A stretch of 49,209 nucleotides of DNA from assembly GCA_038243415.1 (NCBI GenBank), contig JBBSRD010000001.1, positions 1 through 49,209 on the forward strand. Reading direction: 5' to 3'. The DNA is from Actinomycetales bacterium (GTDB taxonomy: Bacteria; Actinomycetota; Actinomycetes; Actinomycetales; Quadrisphaeraceae). This document shows, piece after piece, positions 1 through 7,657 of the stretch. Numbering within the stretch: the stretch's first letter is position 1; the number at the start of each line of letters is the position of its first letter. The notes beneath the pieces are model-generated. The model did not search any database, was not told the origin of the DNA, and saw only the letters and a program-made list of their open reading frames with translations. Position numbers and translations under genes: made by a program.

Positions 1-562
1 CGCGGCGCCGAGCACCCAGTCCGCGGGCATCGGCTCCTGCTCGGAGACGGCGCGCTCGAGGCGGTCGCGGTCGAGGAAGCGCTCCAGCTCGGCGCGCCCC
101 GTGGCGGTGCGGCCCAGGACCGTGCGGCGGTAGGCCACGGTCGCGGGGCGGTAGTACCGGAAGGCGGTGTGCTGCAGCGACCCGTCGTCGTTGCGGATCT
201 GGGGCGCGACCATCCCGCAGGTGCCGTCGGCGTCCAGGTGCGCGGCGAGGACGTCGAGGCAGCCGTCGTCCACGCGGACGTCGGCGTTGAGGACCATCGC
301 GTACTCGTCCGTGCTGGCGAGCAGGCCGCGGTTGACCAGGGCCCCGAAGCCGACGTTGCGGGGGACCGGCACGTAGGTCACCGGCAGGCGGTGGTGGTCG
401 ACGCGCGGGCGCAGGTCCGGCTGGGCCTCGGAGTCGACGACGAAGACCTCGCCGAGACGCTCGTTGCACGCGTCCGCGAGGGCGTCGAGGCAGCGCAGGA
501 GGGTCTCGGGGGAGCGGTAGTGGGTGATGACGACGCTGACGCGCGGCGCAGGGCGAACCATG
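1..562 (-). CDS. Family 2 glycosyltransferase (partial; C-terminus lies beyond the left edge)
   Basis: Not in the ORF track because it runs off the edge. Reverse complement from ATG at 562 reads MVRPAPRVSVVITHYRSPETLLRCLDALADACNERLGEVFVVDSEAQPD...PRNVGFGALVNRGL...MVLNADVRVDDGCLDVL, a typical GT-A/GT2 N-terminal fold. Confidence 0.8.
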
Positions 563-638
563 ACGCTCCTTGCAGGCGGAGGTTGCTGTGTGTGCAGCAC
601 TGGTCTCTTTGGGTAACCCGCAACGTAGTCCGGACCGC

Positions 639-2090
639 TCACCGAGCGTGCGGGAAACGCCAAAGAAACTCACTTTGTGCCAGCACGTATCGACGCAGAG
701 TGCTCCAGCGGGACGGCCTGGTCCGCTCGGGAGCGCCGTCACGCCCGGCGACGTCGGCGAGGAAGCGCTCCAGGTCCGCGGGGGACCCGCTGGCGTGCAG
801 CGCGGAGGCGGGCTCGTCCGCGGCGTCGACGAAGGCCCGACGACCCCGTCCGCCGGCAGCGAGCGCGAGGTGCGCGGGCCGGGGGCCCAGCCCCACCCAG
901 GACCTCGCGAGCCGCCACGCGGGGGTCCGCCCGCCGGCGGTGACCAGCGGCGGGAACCGGGCGTCGACCACCCGCTGCAGCGCCGCGTCGAGCGCGCCGA
1001 CCGCGCGCTGCTGCAGCGACGTGCCCCGGCGCAGCGACGACGCGGTGCTCAGCGCCCCGGGGACGTCGAGGGCGCCCGGCCCGAGCATCGCCGCGGCGCG
1101 CACCAGCGTCCCGGCGACGGCGCGCGGGGCGCGCCAGTCCCTCGCTGCGGCGGCGACCTCGCGCCAGCCGCCGGGCGTGGAGGGGGCGGCGGCGGCCACG
1201 TCGGCCATCCACCCGAGCCGGTCGGCCCCGGACGCGGCGGCGTGGACGCACAGGTGCACCAGGGTGTCGGCGTCGCCGAGGGTGGGGACCGCTGCTCCGC
1301 CGACGTCCACGGCCCCGGAGCGCTCGAACAGCGCCGCCGTGGTGGTGCCGACCCCGCGCGAGCGCACCCGCGTGGAGGTCAGCGCCCAGTGCAGGTCGAC
1401 GACCGTCCCCGAGGGCGCGAGCAGGTGCACCTCGGAGGGCACCACGTCGGCGAGCAGGGTGAGGTTCACGTCGGCCAGGCGCCATCCCGCGCCGGTGGCC
1501 GCGGCGAGCGCGGCGCCCAGGTCGGCGGGGGCGACGAGCAGGTCGAGGTCGTTCCAGGTCCTCGCGTCCGGGCGGGCGTAGCGGGCGGCGACCGCGGGGC
1601 CCTTGACCACTTGCCAGGCGATCCCCGCGGCGTCCATGAGGGCGCGCCAGGCGAGGAGGTCCGAGAGGGTCCGCAGGTGGCGCTCCACCCCGGCGGCGTA
1701 GGCTCGCTCGGCCTCGGCGGCGACGTCGGGCGCCAGCCCGTCGCGCCGCTGCCAGAGGTGCCCGAGCACCCGGTGGTGGGCGCGCCAGGAGGAGGCGTCG
1801 ACGGTCGGCGGGGGCTCGAGCGCCAGCGCCGTGACGGCGTCCGCGAGGCGAGCACCGTGCTGAGGTCCGGGACGGGTCCCGAGGTGGGCCCCGACCAGCG
1901 GCGCGCCGGCCGCCGCGAGGCGCAGCAGCGGGTCCGACGGCTTCTCGGCGTCGACCTCGCGGGCCGCCTCCCCCTCCAGGACCACGCACCTCCCGAGGCG
2001 CGGGCTGAACAGGGTCACCTCGCCGTCCAGGCCGACCCACGTGGCCGGGCCCGCCCTCACGAGCCCGGCCCCCACCGACGCGGCCCTCAC
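639..2090 (-). CDS. Nucleotidyltransferase-family protein (NTP_transf_5-like), probable lasso tailoring enzyme
   Basis: This is the protein-like part of listed ORF 639..2675. The GTG at 2090 overlaps the upstream stop (GTGA). Motifs seen: ARTWNDLDLLVAPADLGAA, VVDLHWAL, HLCVHAAASGADRLGWMADV. The rest of the listed ORF upstream of 2090 is Arg/Pro-rich and overlaps the ABC gene. The start codon is uncertain. Confidence 0.7.
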   Translation of the reverse strand: MRAASVGAGLVRAGPATWVGLDGEVTLFSPRLGRCVVLEGEAAREVDAEKPSDPLLRLAAAGAPLVGAHLGTRPGPQHGARLADAVTALALEPPPTVDASSWRAHHRVLGHLWQRRDGLAPDVAAEAERAYAAGVERHLRTLSDLLAWRALMDAAGIAWQVVKGPAVAARYARPDARTWNDLDLLVAPADLGAALAAATGAGWRLADVNLTLLADVVPSEVHLLAPSGTVVDLHWALTSTRVRSRGVGTTTAALFERSGAVDVGGAAVPTLGDADTLVHLCVHAAASGADRLGWMADVAAAAPSTPGGWREVAAAARDWRAPRAVAGTLVRAAAMLGPGALDVPGALSTASSLRRGTSLQQRAVGALDAALQRVVDARFPPLVTAGGRTPAWRLARSWVGLGPRPAHLALAAGGRGRRAFVDAADEPASALHASGSPADLERFLADVAGRDGAPERTRPSRWSTLRRYVLAQSEFLWRFPHAR

Positions 2091-4018
2091 GCGTCGACCT
2101 GCTGGTACCCCGCGGCCTGCAGCATGAACAGCTCGGCGTACAGCCCACCCGCGGCCATGAGGGCGGCGTGGTCGCCGACCTCGACGACGCGGCCCTCGCG
2201 CAGCACGGCGATCCGGTCGGCGCTGCGCACCGACGCGAGCCGGTGGGTGATGAGCACGACGGTGCGCCCGGCGAGCAACGTGCGCACGTGCCCGAACAGC
2301 TCGGCCTCCGCGCGGGGGTCCAGGGCGGCGCTCGGCTCGTCGAGCAAGAGGACGGGGGCGTCGCGGTACAGCGCACGGGCCACCGCGAGGCGCTGCCACT
2401 GGCCGCCGGAGAGGTCCGCGCCGCCGGGGGCGAAGCGCGAGAGCTGGGTGTCCACGCCGCTCGGCAGGGCCGCGAGCTCCTCCTGGAGCCCCACCTGGGC
2501 GAGCGCGCGCGCCACGGCGGCCGCGCGCTCCTGCGGGTCGGGGCGGGCGCCGACGCGGCCGAGGGCCACGTTGTCGCTCGCGGACGTCTCCCACCGGACG
2601 AAGTCCTGGAAGGCCACGGCCACCTGCTCGCGCACGCTGGCCGGGTCGAGGTGGCGCAGGTCGGCGCCGTCCCACGTCACCGCGCCGGCGGTGGGCTCGA
2701 CGAGGCCCGCGAGGAGCTTCGCAAGGGTGGACTTGCCGCTGCCGTTCTCCCCGACCAGGGCGAGCACCTCGCCGCGGCGCAGCTCCAGGTCGACACCGCT
2801 CACCGCGTCGCGCACCGCGCCCTCGTACCGGTAGCCGGCGCCGCGGGCTGCCAGCGCCTCGCGCAGCGGTCCGGCAGCAGGCAGCGGCCCGGCTGGGGGC
2901 AGCGCGCCAGCCGTGGGCAGGGGGCCGTCGCGCACGTCGACGACGTCGTCGTCGTCAGGGTCCGGTGCCGCCCCCGCGTCGGCTCCGCCGCCGTAGCGGT
3001 GCCGGAACAGCGCGAGGTCCCCCAGGAACAGCGCGGCCTCGTGGACCTTCCCGGCGCTGGTCGACGTCGCCGCCACCCGCCCGGACAGGAACCGCACCGC
3101 GAGCAGCGCCGCGGCGGCCGTCCCCAGGCTGATCGCCCCGCCGGCGACCAGCAGCACCACGCCCACCATCGAGGCCGCCACCACCAGCCCCGTGGCCGCC
3201 GCGGCCACCACGCCGACGCGCTGCTGGCCGCTCGCGTGGGTGCGCAGCCGGGCCAGCGCCGCGGCGTCGGCCCCCAGCAGGGTGGTCAGGAGGTGGTCGA
3301 CGAGCCCGTAGGCGCGCACCTCCCCGGCCTGCTCGCGCCCGGTGAGGACCTGCTGGAGGTACAGGCGGCGCCGCAGGTGCGTGATCTCCGTCGTGGAGAA
3401 GGCGTGCTCCGCCCGCGACGTGCGCCGCGAGGCCCACACCACCGGCAGCGCGGCCAGCAGCAGCACCGGGGTGATCCACGGCGCGATCACCAGCACCGAG
3501 GCCGCCATCGCCGCGATGGCCACCAGGCCCACCAGCGTCGTCACCAGAGCCTGGGTGATCGCCATCGAGCGCCCGGCCGCGGCGCCGCGCACCCGCTGGA
3601 GCAGGTCGTAGAACGCCGGGGACTCGTACGTGGCCAGCGGCACGCGTCCCGCGACGGCGACGACCCCCTGGGTGGTCCGCTGGGTCACGTGCTCGCCGAG
3701 CACCCGCCCGGCCGGCCCCGCGAACGCCGCGAGCACCCCGGAGAGCAGCACCAGTCCGGCCATGAGGCCCACGCCGGCCAGCACCCTCACGCCCACGTCG
3801 AGCCCCGCGACCGAGACCCGCGCCCCGCCCGGGTCGGACAGGGCGTCGATCACGGTGCGGGCGGCGAAGACCTGCCCCACGGTCGCCAGCACCCCGACCG
3901 CCTGGACCCCCAGCACCAGGGCCGCCCGGCGCGGGTCCGCGGTGACCACGAGCACGACGGCCTCGCGCACCACGCTCAGGCGCTCGCGGGCCGAGCCTCT
4001 GGCCGGCGCAGGGCTCAC
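2087..4018 (-). CDS. ABC exporter, fused TMD-NBD (lasso D-type transporter)
   Basis: Walker A GENGSGKST, signature LSGGQWQRLAVARAL and Walker B VLLLDEPSAALD are present, with a hydrophobic multi-helix N-terminal half. The GTG at 4018 overlaps the kinase stop (GTGA). Confidence 0.85.
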   Translation of the reverse strand: MSPAPARGSARERLSVVREAVVLVVTADPRRAALVLGVQAVGVLATVGQVFAARTVIDALSDPGGARVSVAGLDVGVRVLAGVGLMAGLVLLSGVLAAFAGPAGRVLGEHVTQRTTQGVVAVAGRVPLATYESPAFYDLLQRVRGAAAGRSMAITQALVTTLVGLVAIAAMAASVLVIAPWITPVLLLAALPVVWASRRTSRAEHAFSTTEITHLRRRLYLQQVLTGREQAGEVRAYGLVDHLLTTLLGADAAALARLRTHASGQQRVGVVAAAATGLVVAASMVGVVLLVAGGAISLGTAAAALLAVRFLSGRVAATSTSAGKVHEAALFLGDLALFRHRYGGGADAGAAPDPDDDDVVDVRDGPLPTAGALPPAGPLPAAGPLREALAARGAGYRYEGAVRDAVSGVDLELRRGEVLALVGENGSGKSTLAKLLAGLVEPTAGAVTWDGADLRHLDPASVREQVAVAFQDFVRWETSASDNVALGRVGARPDPQERAAAVARALAQVGLQEELAALPSGVDTQLSRFAPGGADLSGGQWQRLAVARALYRDAPVLLLDEPSAALDPRAEAELFGHVRTLLAGRTVVLITHRLASVRSADRIAVLREGRVVEVGDHAALMAAGGLYAELFMLQAAGYQQVDA

Positions 4019-5055
4019 CGGGTCGCCGCCACGGCGTCGCGCAGGTCGACGGTGCCCGCTGGCTCGACGGTGCCCGCCGGCCCGACGACGGCAGCCCGCT
4101 CCACGAGGGCCCGCCCGCTCTCCGGCGGCCACGGCGGGCCCCACGGGAGCACCGCGCGGGCGACGGGCACCGAGCGCACCAGCGCGGACAACCCCTCGAA
4201 GCCGGCGCGGACCCACCCGGGGTGCTCCAGGCCGACCAGGCGCGGGTACCGGGAGAGCTCGAGGAGCGCCGCGGCTCCGGTGAGCGGCTCGAACCGGGGG
4301 CCGGCGGTCTGCCGGTCCGGGGTCGGGACGAGCACCTCGACGAGGGGGAGCGGGGCCCCCGTGTCACCGTCGTCGCGCGCGGCGCCGGCGTGGCCGCCGG
4401 GGATCAGCGCGGTGCGCCCGTCGGCGGTGGACCGTGACCGGGCCTGCCAGCCGCTCCGTGCGTCCTCGCCGGGCAGCGCCAGCCCGGCGGCGGCCGGGCG
4501 CAGGCGGGACTCCGTGGTCCCCGGCCAGCACACCCACCCCCCACCGTCCGGTGACGGCGCGACGCGCAGCACGTCGTCGGAGACCAGCCGGGCGCCGGCC
4601 CGGCACGCCAGCACCCCCGAGGTCGACTTGCCCATCCCGGAGGCGCCCACCATCGCGACGGCGCGCCCGTCCACCGCGTAGGCCGTGGCGTGCAGCACCA
4701 GGTGCCCCCGCGCCGTGAGCAGCGCGGTGGCGACGTAGCCGTTGAGCAGCACCGCCGCCATGCCCGGGTCGGTGCGAGGGTCCAGGTGCAGGTCCACCTC
4801 GGTGAGGCTGGTGTCGATGCGGGCGCTGGCGAGGCGGGGGAAGTGCAGCAGCAGGCCGCGCCCGTCGCGCACCAGCGCGAACCGCAGGTGGCTGCCGGCG
4901 TGCAGCCGCGCCAGGACCTCGCCGTCGGGGAGCCCGTCGGCCACCGGGGCCTCAGGGCGGAGGCGGACCAGGACGTCGGCCGGTTCGAGGCTCGGGCGGT
5001 CCAGGTGGAGGTCGACGTCGCTGTCGATGACGAGGCCGTGCGCCGCCACCCTCAC
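4015..5055 (-). CDS. HPr kinase-like serine kinase (lasso precursor kinase candidate)
   Basis: This is the protein-like C-terminal part of listed ORF 4015..6252. It has the P-loop AMVGASGMGKSTSG followed by LVSDDV. The GTG at 5055 overlaps the B2 stop (GTGA). Confidence 0.75.
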   Translation of the reverse strand: MRVAAHGLVIDSDVDLHLDRPSLEPADVLVRLRPEAPVADGLPDGEVLARLHAGSHLRFALVRDGRGLLLHFPRLASARIDTSLTEVDLHLDPRTDPGMAAVLLNGYVATALLTARGHLVLHATAYAVDGRAVAMVGASGMGKSTSGVLACRAGARLVSDDVLRVAPSPDGGGWVCWPGTTESRLRPAAAGLALPGEDARSGWQARSRSTADGRTALIPGGHAGAARDDGDTGAPLPLVEVLVPTPDRQTAGPRFEPLTGAAALLELSRYPRLVGLEHPGWVRAGFEGLSALVRSVPVARAVLPWGPPWPPESGRALVERAAVVGPAGTVEPAGTVDLRDAVAATR

Positions 5056-5564
5056 GGCGCGGCGCTCCCCACCCTCACGGCGGGGACCAGCGAGGTCAGA
5101 GGCGTGTACTCGTGGGCGCTCGCGTCCAGGGCGAGGCCGCCGACCTCCACCCACGCGTGCGCGCGCACGCGGGCCGCGTGGTCGCCGGGGGCGACGCCGA
5201 TCCGCACCACCGGGTCCAGGGAGCGCAGCCGCCGGGCGAGCACGAGGGAACGGCGCAGGCACATCGCGGAGCCGGGCGGTCCGTCCTGGCCGAGCGGCCA
5301 CCGGCGCATCACCGCGGCGGTGGCGCGCAGGGGCTCCGACGTCCAGCGCGGCAGGCGGGCGAGCGGGGCGTCCGGGGCGGGCTCGCCCGAGCCGTGCGAT
5401 GGGGCCGACGGCGCAGCGACGACCAGCCCGAGCGCGCGGGCGGTCTCCGGGAGGGAGCGCCGCCGCAGCGCGAGCTCCACGCGGGCGGCCGCGGCCAGGC
5501 TCAGCGCCAGGTGCCACGCGGGCAGGCGTCGCAGCGCCGGGAGGGGGTGGAGAGCGGTGGCCAT
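5052..5564 (-). CDS. Lasso peptide biosynthesis B2 protein (transglutaminase-like leader peptidase)
   Basis: The internal ATG at 5564 of listed ORF 5052..5729 shares one nucleotide with the cyclase stop (TGATG). Motifs seen: AMCLRRSLVLARRL (catalytic Cys) and VRAHAWVEVGG (His). Confidence 0.85.
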   Translation of the reverse strand: MATALHPLPALRRLPAWHLALSLAAAARVELALRRRSLPETARALGLVVAAPSAPSHGSGEPAPDAPLARLPRWTSEPLRATAAVMRRWPLGQDGPPGSAMCLRRSLVLARRLRSLDPVVRIGVAPGDHAARVRAHAWVEVGGLALDASAHEYTPLTSLVPAVRVGSAAP

Positions 5565-6931
5565 CACGCCACCGCCGCGACGGAAGGGACGGCGGGCGCG
5601 GCCCCGGGTGCGGTGCGGCTGTGGTGGGCCGCGACGCCGACGGGGCGGCGCGGCAGGCCGGCGTCGTGCAGCCACGCCGCCTGGAGGGCGAGCATCGTGC
5701 CCGCCCACGGGGCCTCGCTGAGCCAGCACGCCCGCAGCGCTGCAGGGTCGACGAGGCCGTCATCGAGGCCCTGTCCGCTCCACCGCTGGGCGAAGGCTCG
5801 CGCCGCCGGCCCGAACGTCGGGGTGTGGAACCGCGCCTTGGTGCTCCGGTGCAGCACGGCGTGCGGCAGCAGCCCGTCGAAGACGCGGACCATCGCCGAG
5901 GTGCGGTTGCCGAACCCGAAGGGGTGGCCCTCGGCCGCGAGCGCGGCGGTGAAGCGGGCGTCGAGCAGCGGGTGGGCCTCCACCGCTCCGGCCGCAGCAG
6001 CCAGCGCGCCCGAGGTGGCGAGGCCGAGGGCGAACCCGCGGTCGCGCCGGTGGGCGGCGAGGGCGTCCGCGAACAGCAGGGGCTTGCCGCGCTCGCCGGC
6101 ACGGTCCGTCGCGCGGGTCCGTGCCAGGCCGGCCGGGGTGAGCCAGCCGGGCGCCGGCAGGTCGCGCTCCCTGCGGCGCCGGGCGCCGGCCCGGACCGCC
6201 TCGGGCGCCAGCGCCACGGCCGCGGCGGGCCGGTTCGCGCGCAGCCGCCCACGGCGACGGCGCAGCAGCGCCAGGGGTGCGCAGCGCTGCCCGGCGATCA
6301 CCTCGTCGCCGCCCTGGCCCGTCAGCACCGCGGCGCCCCGGGCGAGCGCCCACATCGAGGTGAGGCTGTGCACCGGGGCCGACCAGAGCAGGCCGTGCTC
6401 GCGCAGGCCGGCGGTGGCGGTCTCCCCGAGGAGGTCGAAGTGCGGCGCCGAGGGCACCCGGACGTGCTCGACGGGGGTGCCGGCCGCGGCGAGGTGGTCG
6501 AGGACGGCGTGCTGCCACTCCCGCTCGTCGGCCTCGGGGTCGCCCGGGAAGTCGTGGGTCGCGGCGATCGGCGCGGGCAGGCCCTCACGGGCGGCGACGT
6601 GGGCGGCCAGCGCCAGCACCGCGGAGGAGTCGCGCCCGCCGGAGAACGTCACCACGCAGGGGCCGCGCTGCAGGTGCTCGAGCAGCACGCCCTCCAGGGC
6701 GGTGCGGGCGGTGCCGCGGGGTGCGGGGTCGCGAGCCAGGTCTCGGAGCCGGTTGGCGGGTCCCGAGGCGGGTCCGGCATGACCGAGGGTCGCCCCGGCG
6801 CCGCCGTCGTGCAGGTGGCCGAGCGCCACCTCGTCGCCGGTGGGGCGGTACAGGCCGTCGGCGTCCAGCGCGGAGGTGAGGTCGAGGCTGGTGAACCCCG
6901 ACGTGGGCACGGCCAGCGTCGTGGGGCTCAC
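5564..6931 (-). CDS. Asparagine synthetase-like lasso cyclase (C protein), short N-terminal domain
   Basis: PP-loop VVTFSGGRDSSAVL is present. The start overlaps the B1 stop (ATGA, 6928-6931). Only about 95 residues precede the PP-loop. Confidence 0.85.
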   Translation of the reverse strand: MSPTTLAVPTSGFTSLDLTSALDADGLYRPTGDEVALGHLHDGGAGATLGHAGPASGPANRLRDLARDPAPRGTARTALEGVLLEHLQRGPCVVTFSGGRDSSAVLALAAHVAAREGLPAPIAATHDFPGDPEADEREWQHAVLDHLAAAGTPVEHVRVPSAPHFDLLGETATAGLREHGLLWSAPVHSLTSMWALARGAAVLTGQGGDEVIAGQRCAPLALLRRRRGRLRANRPAAAVALAPEAVRAGARRRRERDLPAPGWLTPAGLARTRATDRAGERGKPLLFADALAAHRRDRGFALGLATSGALAAAAGAVEAHPLLDARFTAALAAEGHPFGFGNRTSAMVRVFDGLLPHAVLHRSTKARFHTPTFGPAARAFAQRWSGQGLDDGLVDPAALRACWLSEAPWAGTMLALQAAWLHDAGLPRRPVGVAAHHSRTAPGAAPAVPSVAAVA

Positions 6932-7194
6932 GGGGCGGTGGTCTCCAGCAGCTCGCGCTCTCGCAGGTCGGCGAGGAGGGCAGCGACGTCCGCGGAGGCC
7001 TGAGGCGCGTCGACGTCGTAATCGGCCAGCAGCAGGGCCTCCAGCTCGGAGGCGGTGCGCTCGCCGGTGGCCAGGGCGTCGACGAGGTCGGCGCCGGTGG
7101 CGTTGACCGCGAAGTACGTCGAGGTGCGGAGGTCCAGCAGCACGGCGTCCTCGCCGAGGCGCTGCCAGCTGAGGTCGGCGCTGCGCAGTCTCAC
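6928..7194 (-). CDS. PqqD-family RiPP recognition element (lasso B1)
   Basis: 88 aa: LSWQRLGEDAVLLDLRTSTYFAVNATGADLVDALATGERTASELEALLLADYDV. GTG start, with AGGAG 7 nt upstream. Confidence 0.85.
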   Translation of the reverse strand: MRLRSADLSWQRLGEDAVLLDLRTSTYFAVNATGADLVDALATGERTASELEALLLADYDVDAPQASADVAALLADLRERELLETTAP

Positions 7195-7240
7195 GTCGTC
7201 TCCTGGGGAGGCTCTTGAGCGGTTCTGGCGGGATGTTCAG

Positions 7241-7271
7241 CGAGGGGCGGCGCCTGTGGCGCCGCCCCTCG
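7241..7271 (-). terminator. Perfect hairpin CGAGGGGCGGCGCC-TGT-GGCGCCGCCCCTCG between the precursor genes and B1; probable partial terminator or attenuator
   Basis: 14-bp G+C stem with a 3-nt loop, read directly. It lies in the 92-nt gap between the A2 stop (7287) and the B1 start (7194). No U-tract follows it. Confidence 0.55.
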
Positions 7272-7286
7272 GGTGGTCGGCCGTGC

Positions 7287-7439
7287 TCAGCTGCCGGTGA
7301 ACCCGGTGAAGCCGTCGGGGTTGTTGACGTCGATCGGGGTACCGAAGGCGACGTCGACGTTGTTGGCGCCGCCGCCCTGCTGGGTCAGGGCTCGGACGGT
7401 TCCGACGGTGGTGATGCAGGGAGTCTCATAAATCTTCAT
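7287..7439 (-). CDS. Lasso precursor peptide A2 (50 aa): MKIYETPCITTVGTVRALTQ / QGGGANNVDVAFGTPIDVNNPDGFTGFTGS
   Basis: This is the last 50 codons of spurious listed ORF 7287..8417. ATG at 7439 has GAGGA 7 nt upstream. The leader fits Y-x-x-P-x-(L/I)-x3-G-x5-T-x, and the peptide ends in Ser. It sits immediately upstream of B1/C/B2. Confidence 0.8.
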   Translation of the reverse strand: MKIYETPCITTVGTVRALTQQGGGANNVDVAFGTPIDVNNPDGFTGFTGS

Positions 7440-7482
7440 GGCGTGTCCTCGGAGATCAGGGGAGTGCAGGGCGACAGCGGGG

Positions 7483-7626
7483 TCAGGTGTTGAACGGAGG
7501 CTCTTCAGGCCCGGTGGGCAGGAGGCTCGACCCTGAGCCGTCCTCGACTCCCAGCGGTCCGTCCAGCTGGGTGAGGGTGCGGACCGTGCCGGCCTTGATG
7601 AGGGACGGTGAGGCGTAGCGGCGCAT
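7483..7626 (-). CDS. Lasso precursor peptide A1 (47 aa): MRRYASPSLIKAGTVRTLTQ / LDGPLGVEDGSGSSLLPTGPEEPPFNT
   Basis: Not in the ORF track (too short); translated by hand. The leader aligns with A2 position by position (Y4, P7, L/I9, G13, TVR, LTQ). No clear Shine-Dalgarno sequence is present. The start lies 31 nt after the upstream GT stop. Confidence 0.7.
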   Translation of the reverse strand: MRRYASPSLIKAGTVRTLTQLDGPLGVEDGSGSSLLPTGPEEPPFNT

Positions 7627-7657
7627 GGGCCAGACGCTAGGTGACCGAGTGTCAGAT

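Noticed and set aside
169-7003. Very long plus-strand ORFs over the lasso operon (169..1581, 570..2834, 2168..4681, 4742..7003, 5112..6782, and others).
   Set aside because: Their translations are dominated by Arg/Pro/Gly/Ala runs with no motifs. They lie antisense to minus-strand genes that carry clear Walker, PP-loop, PqqD and transglutaminase motifs. This is the expected stop-codon-poor shadow of G+C-rich coding DNA.
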